DNA of 64,000 nt from positions 178,994,001-179,058,000 of the forward strand of contig OZ024743.1 in assembly GCA_964016885.1 (NCBI GenBank), read 5' to 3'. Below are positions 13,801 through 26,461 of this stretch, one piece after another; position 1 is the first letter of the stretch, and the number at the start of each line of letters is the position of its first letter. The notes beneath the pieces are model-generated. The model saw only the letters and a list, made by a program, of their open reading frames with translations. It was not told the DNA's origin and searched no databases. The DNA comes from Eledone cirrhosa. Its lineage: Eukaryota. The translations under genes were made by a program, and so were the position numbers.

Positions 13801-16800
13801 TTGTTGGTGTTGTCAGTGGTGTGGTTGTTGGTGTTGTCAGTAGTGTGGTTGTTGGTGTTGTCAGTGGTGTGGTTGTTGGTGTTGTCAGTAGTGTGGTTGT
13901 TGGTGTTGTCAGTAGTGTGGTTGTTGGTGTTGTCAGTGGTGTGGTTGTTGGTGTCGTCTGTGGTGTGGTTGTTGGTGTTGTCAGTGGTGTGGTTGTTGGT
14001 GTTGTCAGTGGTGTGGCTGTTGGTGTTGTCAGTGGTGTGGTTGTTGGTGTTGTCAGTAGTGTGGTTGTTGGTGTTGTCAGGGGTGTGGTTGTTGGTGTTG
14101 TCAGTAGTGTGGTTGTTGGTGTTGTCAGTGGTGTGGTTGTTGGTGTTGTCAGTGGTGTGGTTGTTGGTGTTGTCAGTAGTGTGGTTGTTGGTGTTGTCAG
14201 TAGTGTGGTTGTTGGTGTTGTCAGTGGTGTGGTTGTTGGTGTTGTCAGTAGTGTGGTTGTTGGTGTTGTCAGTAGTGTGGTTGTTGGTGTTGTCAGTGGT
14301 GTGGTTGTTGGTGTTGTCAGTGGTGTGGTTGTTGGTGTTGTCAGTGGTGTGGTTGTTGGTGTTGTCAGTGGTGTGGTTGTTGGTTTTGTCAGTGGTGTGG
14401 TTGTTGGTGTTGTCAGTGGTGTGGTTGATGGTGTTGTCAGTAGTGTGGTTGTTGGTGTTGTCAGTGGTGTGGTTGTTGGTGTTGTCAGTGGTGTGGTTGT
14501 TGGTGTTGTCAGTAGTGTGGTTGTTGGTGTTGTCAGTGGTGTGGTTGTTGGTGTTGTCAGTAGTGTGGTTGTTGGTGTTGTCAGTGGTGTGGTTGTTGGT
14601 GTTGTCAGTGGTGTGGTTGTTGGTGTTGTCAGTAGTGTGGTTGTTGGTGTTGTCAGTGGTGTGGTTGTTGGTGTTGTCAGTGGTGTGGTTGTTGGTGTTG
14701 TCAGTAGTGTGGTTGTTGGTGTTGTCAGTGGTGTGGTTGTTGGTGTTGTCAGTGGTGTGGTTGTTGGTGTTGTCAGTAGTGTGGTTGTTGGTGTTGTCAG
14801 TGGTGTGGTTGTTGGTGTTGTCAGTAGTGTGGTTGTTGGTGTTGTCAGTGGTGTGGTTGTTGGTGTTGTCAGTAGTGTGGTTGTTGGTGTTGTCAGTGGT
14901 GTGGTTGTTGGTGTTGTCAGTGGTGTGGTTGTTGGTGTTGTCAGTAGTGTGGTTGTTGGTGTTGTCAGTGGTGTTTTTTTTGGTGTTGTCAGTGGTGTGG
15001 TTGTTGGTGTTGTCAGTAGTGTGGTTGTTGGTGTTGTCAGTGGTGTGGTTGTTGGTGTTGTCAGTGGTGTGGTTGTTGGTGTTGTCAGTAGTGTGGTTGT
15101 TGGTGTTGTCAGTGGTGTGGTTGTTGGTGTTGTCAGTGGTGTGGTTGTTGGTGTTGTCAGTAGTGTGGTTGTTGGTGTTGTCAGTGGTGTGGTTGTTGGT
15201 GTTGTCAGTAGTGTGGTTGTTGGTGTTGTCAGTGGTGTGGTTGTTGGTGTTGTCAGTGGTGTGTTTGTTGGTGTTGTCAGTAGTGTGGTTGTTGGTGTTG
15301 TCAGTAGTGTGGTTGTTGGTGTTGTCAGTAGTGTGGTTGTTGGTGTTGTCAGTGGTGTGGTTGTTGGTGTTGTCAGTAGTGTGGTTGTTGGTGTTGTCAG
15401 TGGTGTGGTTGTTGGTGTTGTCAGTGGTGTGGTTGTTTTTGTTGTCAGTGGTGTGGCTGTTGGTGTTGTCAGTGGTGTGGTTGTTGGTGTTGTCAGTGGT
15501 GGGGTTGTTGGTGTTGTCTGTGGTGTGGTTGTTGGTGTTGTCAGTGGTGTGGTTGTTGGTGTTGTCAGTAGTGTGGCTGTTGGTGTTGTCAGTGGTGTGG
15601 TTGTTGGTGTTGTCAGTGGTGGGGTTGTTGGTGTTGTCTGTGGTGTGGTTGTTGGTGTTGTCAGTAGTGTGGTTGTTGGTGTTGTCAGTGGTGTGGCTGT
15701 TGGTGTGTCAGTAGTGTGGTTGTTGGTGTTGTCAGTGGTGTGGATGTTGGTGTTGTCAGTGGCGTGGTTGTTGATGTTGTCAGTAGTGTGGTTGTTGGTG
15801 TTGTCAGTAGTGTGGTTGTTGATGTTGTCAGTAGTGTGGTTGTTGATGTTGTCAGTAGTGTGGTTGTTGATGTTGTCAGTAGTGTGGTTGTTGGTGTTGT
15901 CACTGGTGTGGTTGTTGGTGTTGTCAGTGGTGTGGTTGTTGGTGTTGTCAGTGGTGTGGTTGTTGGTGTTGTCAGTGGTGTGGTTGTTGGTGTTGTCAAT
16001 AGTGTGGTTGTTGGTGTTGTCAATGGTGTGGCTGTTGGTGTTGTCAGTGGTGTGGCTGTTGGTGTTGTCAGTAGTGTGGCTGTTGGTGTTGTCAGTGGTG
16101 TGGTTGTTGGTGTTGTCAGTGGTGTGGTTGTTGGTGTTGTCAGTGGTGTGGTTGTTGGTGTTGTCAGTAGTGTGGTTGTTGGTGTTGTGAGTGGTGTGGA
16201 TGTTGGTGTTGTCAGTAGTGTGGTTGTTGGTGTTGTGAGTGGTGTGGATGTTGGTGTTGTCAGTGGTGTGGTTGTTGGTGTTGTCAGTAGTGTGGCTGTT
16301 GGTGTTGTCAGTGGTGTGGTTGTTGGTGTTGTCAGTGGTGTGGTTGTTGGTGTTGTCAGTGGTGTGGTTGTTGGTGTTGTCAGTGGTGTGGTTGTTGGTG
16401 TTGTCAGTAGTGTGGCTGTTGGTGTTGTCAGTGGTGTGGTTGTTGGTGTTGTGAGTGGTGTGGATGTTGGTGTTGTCAGTAGTGTGGTTGTTGGTGTTGT
16501 GAGTGGTGTGGATGTTGGTGTTGTCAGTAGTGTGGTTGTTGGTGTTGTGAGTGGTGTGGACGTTGGTGTTGTCAGTAGTGTGGTTGTTGGTGTTGTGAGT
16601 GGTGTGGATGTTGGTGTTGTCAGTAGTGTGGTTGTTGGTGTTGTCAGTAGTGTGGCTGTTGGTGTTGTCAGTGGTGTGGTTGTTGGTGTTGTCAGTGGTG
16701 TGGTTGTTGGTGTTGTCAGTAGTGTGGTTGTTGGTGTTGTGAGTGGTGTGGATGTTGGTGTTGTCAGTAGTGTGGTTGTTGGTGTTGTGAGTGGTGTGGA

Positions 16801-17419
16801 TGTTGGTGTTGTCAGTGGTGTGGTTGTTGGTGTTGTCAGTGGTGTGGTTGTTGGTGTTGTCAGTGGTGTGGTTGTTGGTGTTGTCAGTGGTGTGGTTGTT
16901 GGTGTTGTCAGTAGTGTGGTTGTTGGTGTTGTGAGTGGTGTGGATGTTGGTGTTGTCAGTAGTGTGGTTGTTGGTGTTGTCAGTAGTGTGGCTGTTGGTG
17001 TTGTCAGTGGTGTGGTTGTTGGTGTTGTCAGTGGTGTGGTTGTTGGTGTTGTCAGTAGTGTGGTTGTTGGTGTTGTGAGTGGTGTGGATGTTGGTGTTGT
17101 CAGTAGTGTGGTTGTTGGTGTTGTCAGTAGTGTGGTTGTTGGTGTTGTCAGTAGTGTGGTTGTTGGTGTTGTCAGTGGTGTGGTTGTTGGTGTTGTCAGT
17201 GGTGTGGTTGTTGGTGTTGTCAGTAGTGTGGTTGTTGGTGTTGTGAGTGGTGTGGATGTTGGTGTTGTCAGTAGTGTGGTTGTTGGTGTTGTCAGTAGTG
17301 TGGTTGTTGGTGTTGTCAGTAGTGTGGTTGTTGGTGTTGTCAGTGGTGTGGTTGTTGGTGTTGTCAGTGGTGTGGTTGTTGGTGTTGTCAGTAGTGTGGT
17401 TGTTGGTGTTGTGAGTGGT

Positions 17420-20400
17420 GTGGATGTTGGTGTTGTCAGTAGTGTGGTTGTTGGTGTTGTCAGTAGTGTGGTTGTTGGTGTTGTCAGTGGTGTTGTTGTT
17501 GGTGTTGTCAGTGGTGTGGTTGTTGGTGTTGTCTGTGGTGTGGTTGTTGGTGTTGTCAGTGCTGTGGTTGTTGGTGTTGTCAGTGGTGTGGATGTTGGTG
17601 TTGTCAGTAGTGTGGTTGTTGGTGTTGTCAGTGGTGTGGCTGTTGGTGTTGTCAGTGGTGTGGTTGTTGGTGTTGGCAGTGGTGTTGTTGTTGGTGTTGA
17701 CAGTGGTGTGGTTGTTGGTGTTGTCAGTGGTGTGGATGTTGGTGTTGTCAGTAGTGTGGTTGTTGGTGTTGTCAGTAGTGTGGTTGTTGGTGTTGTCAGT
17801 GGTGTTGTTGTTGGTGTTGTCAGTGGTGTGGTTGTTGGTGTTGTCAGTAGTGTGGTTGTTGGTGTTGTGAGTGGTGTGGATGTTGGTGTTGTCAGTAGTG
17901 TGGTTGTTGGTGTTGTCAATAGTGTTGTTGTTGGTGTTGTCAGTGGTGTGGTTGTTGGTGTTGTCTGTGGTGTGGTTGTTGGTGTTGTCAGTGCTGTGGT
18001 TGTTGGTGTTGGCAGTGGTGTTGTTGTTGGTGTTGACAGTGGTGTGGTTGTTGGTGTTGTCAGTGGTGTGGTTGTTGGTGTTGTCAGTGGTGTGGTTGTT
18101 GGTGTTGTCAGTAGTGTGGTTGTTGGTGTTGTCAGTAGTGTGGTTGTTGGTGTTGTCTGTGGTGTGGTTGTTGGTGTTGTCAGTGGTGTGGTTGTTGGTG
18201 TTGTCAGTGGTGTGGTTGTTGGTGTTGTCAGTGGTGTGGTTGTTGGTGTTGTCAGTAGTGTGGTTGTTGGTGTTGTCAGTGGTGTGGTTGTTGGTGTTGT
18301 CAGTAGTGTGGTTGTTGGTGTTGTGAGTGGTGTGGATGTTGGTGTTGTCAGTAGTGTGGTTGTTGGTGTTGTCAGTAGTGTGGTTGTTGGTGTTGTCAGT
18401 AGTGTGGTTGTTGGTGTTGTCAGTGGTGTGGTTGTTGGTGTTGTCAGTGGTGTGGTTGTTGGTGTTGTCAGTAGTGTGGTTGTTGGTGTTGTGAGTGGTG
18501 TGGATGTTGGTGTTGTCAGTAGTGTGGTTGTTGGTGTTGTCAGTAGTGTGGTTGTTGGTGTTGTCAGTGGTGTTGTTGTTGGTGTTGTCAGTGGTGTGGT
18601 TGTTGGTGTTGTCTGTGGTGTGGTTGTTGGTGTTGTCAGTGCTGTGGTTGTTGGTGTTGTCAGTGGTGTGGATGTTGGTGTTGTCAGTAGTGTGGTTGTT
18701 GGTGTTGTCAGTGGTGTGGCTGTTGGTGTTGTCAGTGGTGTGGTTGTTGGTGTTGGCAGTGGTGTTGTTGTTGGTGTTGACAGTGGTGTGGTTGTTGGTG
18801 TTGTCAGTGGTGTGGTTGTTGGTGTTGTCAGTGGTGTGGTTGTTGGTGTTGTCAGTAGTGTGGTTGTTGGTGTTGTCAGTAGTGTGGTTGTTGGTGTTGT
18901 CTGTGGTGTGGTTGTTGGTGTTGTCAGTGGTGTGGTTGTTGGTGTTGTCAGTGGTGTGGTTGTTGGTGTTGTCAGTGGTGTGGTTGTTGGTGTTGTCAGT
19001 GGTGTGGTTGTTGGTGTTGTCAGTAGTGTGGTTGTTGGTGTTGTCAGTGGTGTGGCTGTTGGTGTTGTCAGTGGTGTGGTTGTTGGTGTTGGCAGTGGTG
19101 TTGTTGTTGGTGTTGACAGTGGTGTGGTTGTTGGTGTTGTCAGTGGTGTGGATGTTGGTGTTGTCAGTAGTGTGGTTGTTGGTGTTGTCAGTAGTGTGGT
19201 TGTTGGTGTTGTCAGTGGTGTTGTTGTTGGTGTTGTCAGTGGTGTGGTTGTTGGTGTTGTCAGTAGTGTGGTTGTTGGTGTTGTGAGTGGTGTGGATGTT
19301 GGTGTTGTCAGTAGTGTGGTTGTTGGTGTTGTCAATAGTGTTGTTGTTGGTGTTGTCAGTGGTGTGGTTGTTGGTGTTGTCTGTGGTGTGGTTGTTGGTG
19401 TTGTCAGTGCTGTGGTTGTTGGTGTTGGCAGTGGTGTTGTTGTTGGTGTTGACAGTGGTGTGGTTGTTGGTGTTGTCAGTGGTGTGGTTGTTGGTGTTGT
19501 CAGTGGTGTGGTTGTTGGTGTTGTCAGTAGTGTGGTTGTTGGTGTTGTCAGTAGTGTGGTTGTTGGTGTTGTCTGTGGTGTGGTTGTTGGTGTTGTCAGT
19601 GGTGTGGTTGTTGGTGTTGTCAGTGGTGTGGTTGTTGGTGTTGTCAGTGGTGTGGTTGTTGGTGTTGTCAGTAGTGTGGTTGTTGGTGTTGTCAGTGGTG
19701 TGGTTGTTGGTGTTGTCAGTAGTGTGGTTGTTGGTGTTGTGAGTGGTGTGGATGTTGGTGTTGTCAGTAGTGTGGTTGTTGGTGTTGTCAGTAGTGTGGT
19801 TGTTGGTGTTGTCAGTAGTGTGGTTGTTGGTGTTGTCAGTGGTGTGGTTGTTGGTGTTGTCAGTGGTGTGGTTGTTGGTGTTGTCAGTAGTGTGGTTGTT
19901 GGTGTTGTGAGTGGTGTGGATGTTGGTGTTGTCAGTAGTGTGGTTGTTGGTGTTGTCAGTAGTGTGGTTGTTGGTGTTGTCAGTGGTGTTGTTGTTGGTG
20001 TTGTCAGTGGTGTGGTTGTTGGTGTTGTCTGTGGTGTGGTTGTTGGTGTTGTCAGTGCTGTGGTTGTTGGTGTTGTCAGTGGTGTGGATGTTGGTGTTGT
20101 CAGTAGTGTGGTTGTTGGTGTTGTCAGTGGTGTGGCTGTTGGTGTTGTCAGTGGTGTGGTTGTTGGTGTTGGCAGTGGTGTTGTTGTTGGTGTTGACAGT
20201 GGTGTGGTTGTTGGTGTTGTCAGTGGTGTGGTTGTTGGTGTTGTCAGTGGTGTGGTTGTTGGTGTTGTCAGTAGTGTGGTTGTTGGTGTTGTCAGTAGTG
20301 TGGTTGTTGGTGTTGTCTGTGGTGTGGTTGTTGGTGTTGTCAGTGGTGTGGTTGTTGGTGTTGTCAGTGGTGTGGTTGTTGGTGTTGTCAGTGGTGTGGT

Positions 20401-20450
20401 TGTTGGTGTTGTCAGTGGTGTGGTTGTTGGTGTTGTCAGTAGTGTGGTTG
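17420..20450. repeat. Nested 1080/1416-bp higher-order duplications; boundaries approximate
   Basis: ORF starts 17415/18495/19911 and 17871/19287 differ by 1080 or 1416 (45 and 59 monomers). Shared gtcaAtagt, gGcagt-gAcagt and gtGagt variants. Confidence 0.8.
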
Positions 20451-23400
20451 TTGGTGTTGTCAGTGGTGTGGTTGTTGGTGTTGTCAGTGGTGTGGTTGTT
20501 GGTGTTGTCAGTAGTGTGGTTGTTGGTGTTGTCAGTGGTGTGGTTGTTGCTGTTGTCAGTGGTGTGGTTGTTGGTGTTATCTGTGGTGTGGTTGTTGGTG
20601 TTGTCTGTGGTGTGGTTGTTGGTGTTGTCAGTGGTGTGGTTGTTGGTGTTGTCAGTTGTGTGGTTGTTGGTGTTGTCAGTGGTGTGGTTGTTGGTGTCGT
20701 CAATGGTGTGGTTGTTGGTGTTGTCAGTGGTGTGGTTGTTGCTGTTGTCAGTGGTGTGGTTGTTGGTGATGTCTGTGGTGTGGTTGTTGGTGTTGTCTGT
20801 GGTGTGGTTGTTGGTGTTGTCAGTGGTGTGGTTGTTGGTGTTGTCAGTAGTGTGGTTGTTGGTGTTGTCAGTGGTGTGGTTGTTGGTGTTGTCAATGGTG
20901 TGGTTGTTGGTGTTGTCAGTAGTGTGGTTGTTGGTGTTGTCAGTAGTGTGGTTGTTGGTGTTGTCAGTGGTGTGGTTGTTGTTGTTGTCAGTAGTGTGGT
21001 TGTTGGTGTTGTCAGTGGTGTGGTTGTTGGTGTTGTCAGTAGTGTGGTTGTTGGTGTTGTCAGTGGTGTGGTTGTTGGTGTTGTCAGTAGTGTGGTTGTT
21101 GGTGTTGTCAGTGGTGTGGTTGTTGGTGTTGGCAGTGGTGTTGTTGTTGGTGTTGTCAGTAGTGTGGTTGTTGGTGTTGTCAGTGGTGTGGTTGTTGGTG
21201 TTGTCAGTGGTGTGGTTGTTGGTGTTGTCAGTAGTGTGGTTGTTGGTGTTGTCAGTGGTGTGGTTGTTGGTGTTGTCAGTAGTGTGGTTGTTGCTGTTGT
21301 CAGTGGTGTGGTTGTTGGTGTTGTCAGTAGTGTGGTTGTTGGTGTTGTCAGTGGTGTGGTTGTTGGTGTTGTCAGTAGTGTGGTTGTTGGTGTTGTCAGT
21401 GGTGTGGTTGTTGGTGTTGTCAGTAGTGTGGTTGTTGGTGTTGTCAGTGGTGTGGTTGTTGGTGTTGGCAGTGGTGTTGTTGTTGGTGTTGTCAGTAGTG
21501 TGGTTGTTGGTGTTGTCAGTGGTGTGGTTGTTGGTGTTGTCAGTGGTGTGGTTGTTGGTGTTGTCAGTAGTGTGGTTGTTGGTGTTGTCAGTGGTGTGGT
21601 TGTTGGTGTTGTCAGTAGTGTGGTTGTTCGTGTTGACAGTGGTGTGGTTGTTCGTGTTGTCAGTGGTGTGGTTGTTGGTGTTGTCAGTGCTGTGGTTGTT
21701 GGTGTTGTCAGTAGTGTGGTTGTTGCTGTTGTCAGTAGTGTGTTTGTTGGTGTTGTCAGTGGTGTGGTTGTTGGTGTTGCCAGTGGTGTGGTTGTTGGTG
21801 TTGTCAGTAGTGTGGTTGTTGATGTTGTCAGTAGTGTGGTTGTTGGTGTTGTCAGTGGTGTGGTTGTTGGTGTTGTCTGTGGTGTGGTTGTTGGTGTTGT
21901 CAGTGGTGTGGTTGTTGGTGTTGTCAGTAGTGTGGTTGTTGGTGTTGTCAGTAGTGTGGTTGTTGGTGTTGTCAGTAGTGTGGTTGTTGGTGTTGTCAGT
22001 GGTGTGGTTGTTGGTGTTGTCAGTGGTGTGGTTGTTGGTGTTGTCAGTAGTGTGGTTGTTGGTGTTGTCAGTGGTGTGGTTGTTGGTGTTGTCAGTAGTG
22101 TGGCTGTTGGTGTTGTCAATGGTGTGGTTGCTGGTGTTGTCAGTGGTGTGGTTGTTGGTGTTGTCAGTGGTGTGGCTGTTGGTGTTGTCAGTAGTGTGGT
22201 TGTTGGTGTTGTCAGTAGTGTGGTTGTTGGTGTTGTCAGTGGTGTGGTTGTTGGTGTTGTCAGTGGTGTGGTTGTTGGTGTTGTCAGTAGTGTGGATGTT
22301 GGTGTTGTCAGTGGTGTGGTTGTTGGTGTTGTCAGTGGTGTGGTTGTTGGTGTTGTCAGTAGTGTGGTTGTTGGTGTTGTCAGTGGTGTGGTTGTTGGTG
22401 TTGACAGTGGTGTGGCTGTTGGTGTTGTCAGTGGTGTGGTTGTTGGTGTTGTCAGTGGTGTGGTTGTTGGTGTTGTCTGTGGTGTGGCTGTTGGTGTTGT
22501 CAGTGGTGTGGTTGTTGGTGTTGTCAGTAGTGTGGTTGTTGGTGTTGTCAGTGGTGTGGTTGTTGGTGTTGTCAGTAGTGTGGCTGTTGGTGTTGTCAAT
22601 TGTGTGGTTGTTGGTGTTGTCAGTGGTGTGGTTGTTGGTGTTGTCAGTGGTGTGGCTGTTGGTGTTGTCAATGGTGTGGTTGTTGGTGTTGTCAGTGGTG
22701 TGGTTGTTGGTGTTGTCAGTGGTGTGGCTGTTGGTGTTGTCAGTGGTGTGGTTGTTGGTCTTGTCAGTGGTGTGATTGTTGGTGTTGTCTGTGGTGTGGT
22801 TGTTGGTGTTGTCAGTGGTGTGGTTGTTGGTGTTGTCAGTAGTGTGGTTGTTGGTGTTGTCAGTGGTGTGATTGTTGGTGTTGTCTGTGGTGTGGTTGTT
22901 GGTGTTGTCAGTGGTGTGGTTGTTGGTGTTGTCAGTGGTGTGGTTGTTGGTGTTGTCAGTGGTGTGATTGTTGGTGTTGTCTGTGGTGTGGTTGTTGGTG
23001 TTGTCAGTGGTGTGGTTGTTGGTGTTGTCAGTGGTGTGGCTGTTGGTGTTGTCAGTAGTGTGGTTGTTGGTGTTGTCAGTGGTGTGGTTGTTGGTGTTGT
23101 CAGTAGTGTGGTTGTTGGTGTTGTGAGTGGTGTGGATGTTGGTGTTGTCAGTAGTGTGGTTGTTGGTGTTGTCAGTAGTGTGGTTGTTGGTGTTGTCAGT
23201 AGTGTGGTTGTTGGTGTTGTCAGTGGTGTGGTTGTTGGTGTTGTCAGTGGTGTGGTTGTTGGTGTTGTCAGTAGTGTGGTTGTTGGTGTTGTGAGTGGTG
23301 TGGATGTTGGTGTTGTCAGTAGTGTGGTTGTTGGTGTTGTCAGTAGTGTGGTTGTTGGTGTTGTCAGTGGTGTTGTTGTTGGTGTTGTCAGTGGTGTGGT

Positions 23401-26400
23401 TGTTGGTGTTGTCTGTGGTGTGGTTGTTGGTGTTGTCAGTGCTGTGGTTGTTGGTGTTGTCAGTGGTGTGGATGTTGGTGTTGTCAGTAGTGTGGTTGTT
23501 GGTGTTGTCAGTGGTGTGGCTGTTGGTGTTGTCAGTGGTGTGGTTGTTGGTGTTGGCAGTGGTGTTGTTGTTGGTGTTGACAGTGGTGTGGTTGTTGGTG
23601 TTGTCAGTGGTGTGGTTGTTGGTGTTGTCAGTGGTGTGGTTGTTGGTGTTGTCAGTAGTGTGGTTGTTGGTGTTGTCAGTAGTGTGGTTGTTGGTGTTGT
23701 CTGTGGTGTGGTTGTTGGTGTTGTCAGTGGTGTGGTTGTTGGTGTTGTCAGTGGTGTGGTTGTTGGTGTTGTCAGTGGTGTGGTTGTTGGTGTTGTCAGT
23801 GGTGTGGTTGTTGGTGTTGTCAGTAGTGTGGTTGTTGGTGTTGTCAGTGGTGTGGTTGTTGGTGTTGTCAGTGGTGTGGTTGTTGGTGTTGTCAGTAGTG
23901 TGGTTGTTGGTGTTGTCAGTGGTGTGGTTGTTGCTGTTGTCAGTGGTGTGGTTGTTGGTGTTATCTGTGGTGTGGTTGTTGGTGTTGTCTGTGGTGTGGT
24001 TGTTGGTGTTGTCAGTGGTGTGGTTGTTGGTGTTGTCAGTTGTGTGGTTGTTGGTGTTGTCAGTGGTGTGGTTGTTGGTGTCGTCAATGGTGTGGTTGTT
24101 GGTGTTGTCAGTGGTGTGGTTGTTGCTGTTGTCAGTGGTGTGGTTGTTGGTGATGTCTGTGGTGTGGTTGTTGGTGTTGTCTGTGGTGTGGTTGTTGGTG
24201 TTGTCAGTGGTGTGGTTGTTGGTGTTGTCAGTAGTGTGGTTGTTGGTGTTGTCAGTGGTGTGGTTGTTGGTGTTGTCAATGGTGTGGTTGTTGGTGTTGT
24301 CAGTAGTGTGGTTGTTGGTGTTGTCAGTAGTGTGGTTGTTGGTGTTGTCAGTGGTGTGGTTGTTGTTGTTGTCAGTAGTGTGGTTGTTGGTGTTGTCAGT
24401 GGTGTGGTTGTTGGTGTTGTCAGTAGTGTGGTTGTTGGTGTTGTCAGTGGTGTGGTTGTTGGTGTTGTCAGTAGTGTGGTTGTTGGTGTTGTCAGTGGTG
24501 TGGTTGTTGGTGTTGGCAGTGGTGTTGTTGTTGGTGTTGTCAGTAGTGTGGTTGTTGGTGTTGTCAGTGGTGTGGTTGTTGGTGTTGTCAGTGGTGTGGT
24601 TGTTGGTGTTGTCAGTAGTGTGGTTGTTGGTGTTGTCAGTGGTGTGGTTGTTGGTGTTGTCAGTAGTGTGGTTGTTGCTGTTGTCAGTGGTGTGGTTGTT
24701 GGTGTTGTCAGTAGTGTGGTTGTTGGTGTTGTCAGTGGTGTGGTTGTTGGTGTTGTCAGTAGTGTGGTTGTTGGTGTTGTCAGTGGTGTGGTTGTTGGTG
24801 TTGTCAGTAGTGTGGTTGTTGGTGTTGTCAGTGGTGTGGTTGTTGGTGTTGGCAGTGGTGTTGTTGTTGGTGTTGTCAGTAGTGTGGTTGTTGGTGTTGT
24901 CAGTGGTGTGGTTGTTGGTGTTGTCAGTGGTGTGGTTGTTGGTGTTGTCAGTAGTGTGGTTGTTGGTGTTGTCAGTGGTGTGGTTGTTGGTGTTGTCAGT
25001 AGTGTGGTTGTTCGTGTTGACAGTGGTGTGGTTGTTCGTGTTGTCAGTGGTGTGGTTGTTGGTGTTGTCAGTGCTGTGGTTGTTGGTGTTGTCAGTAGTG
25101 TGGTTGTTGCTGTTGTCAGTAGTGTGTTTGTTGGTGTTGTCAGTGGTGTGGTTGTTGGTGTTGCCAGTGGTGTGGTTGTTGGTGTTGTCAGTAGTGTGGT
25201 TGTTGATGTTGTCAGTAGTGTGGTTGTTGGTGTTGTCAGTGGTGTGGTTGTTGGTGTTGTCTGTGGTGTGGTTGTTGGTGTTGTCAGTGGTGTGGTTGTT
25301 GGTGTTGTCAGTAGTGTGGTTGTTGGTGTTGTCAGTAGTGTGGTTGTTGGTGTTGTCAGTAGTGTGGTTGTTGGTGTTGTCAGTGGTGTGGTTGTTGGTG
25401 TTGTCAGTGGTGTGGTTGTTGGTGTTGTCAGTAGTGTGGTTGTTGGTGTTGTCAGTGGTGTGGTTGTTGGTGTTGTCAGTAGTGTGGCTGTTGGTGTTGT
25501 CAATGGTGTGGTTGCTGGTGTTGTCAGTGGTGTGGTTGTTGGTGTTGTCAGTGGTGTGGCTGTTGGTGTTGTCAGTAGTGTGGTTGTTGGTGTTGTCAGT
25601 AGTGTGGTTGTTGGTGTTGTCAGTGGTGTGGTTGTTGGTGTTGTCAGTGGTGTGGTTGTTGGTGTTGTCAGTAGTGTGGATGTTGGTGTTGTCAGTGGTG
25701 TGGTTGTTGGTGTTGTCAGTGGTGTGGTTGTTGGTGTTGTCAGTAGTGTGGTTGTTGGTGTTGTCAGTGGTGTGGTTGTTGGTGTTGACAGTGGTGTGGC
25801 TGTTGGTGTTGTCAGTGGTGTGGTTGTTGGTGTTGTCAGTGGTGTGGTTGTTGGTGTTGTCTGTGGTGTGGCTGTTGGTGTTGTCAGTGGTGTGGTTGTT
25901 GGTGTTGTCAGTAGTGTGGTTGTTGGTGTTGTCAGTGGTGTGGTTGTTGGTGTTGTCAGTAGTGTGGCTGTTGGTGTTGTCAATTGTGTGGTTGTTGGTG
26001 TTGTCAGTGGTGTGGTTGTTGGTGTTGTCAGTGGTGTGGCTGTTGGTGTTGTCAATGGTGTGGTTGTTGGTGTTGTCAGTGGTGTGGTTGTTGGTGTTGT
26101 CAGTGGTGTGGCTGTTGGTGTTGTCAGTGGTGTGGTTGTTGGTCTTGTCAGTGGTGTGATTGTTGGTGTTGTCTGTGGTGTGGTTGTTGGTGTTGTCAGT
26201 GGTGTGGTTGTTGGTGTTGTCAGTAGTGTGGTTGTTGGTGTTGTCAGTGGTGTGATTGTTGGTGTTGTCTGTGGTGTGGTTGTTGGTGTTGTCAGTGGTG
26301 TGGTTGTTGGTGTTGTCAGTGGTGTGGTTGTTGGTGTTGTCAGTGGTGTGATTGTTGGTGTTGTCTGTGGTGTGGTTGTTGGTGTTGTCAGTGGTGTGGT

Positions 26401-26461
26401 TGTTGGTGTTGTCAGTGGTGTGGCTGTTGGTGTTGTCAGTAGTGTGGTTGTTGGTGTTGTC
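19657..26461. repeat. 3384-bp (141-monomer) apparently exact tandem higher-order duplication
   Basis: ORFs 19911..22775 and 23295..26159 give the same 954-aa translation. Private variants (gttAtctgt, gtCgtcaat, ggtgAtgtc, gCcagt, ggtCttgtc) recur at +3384. Confidence 0.92.
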
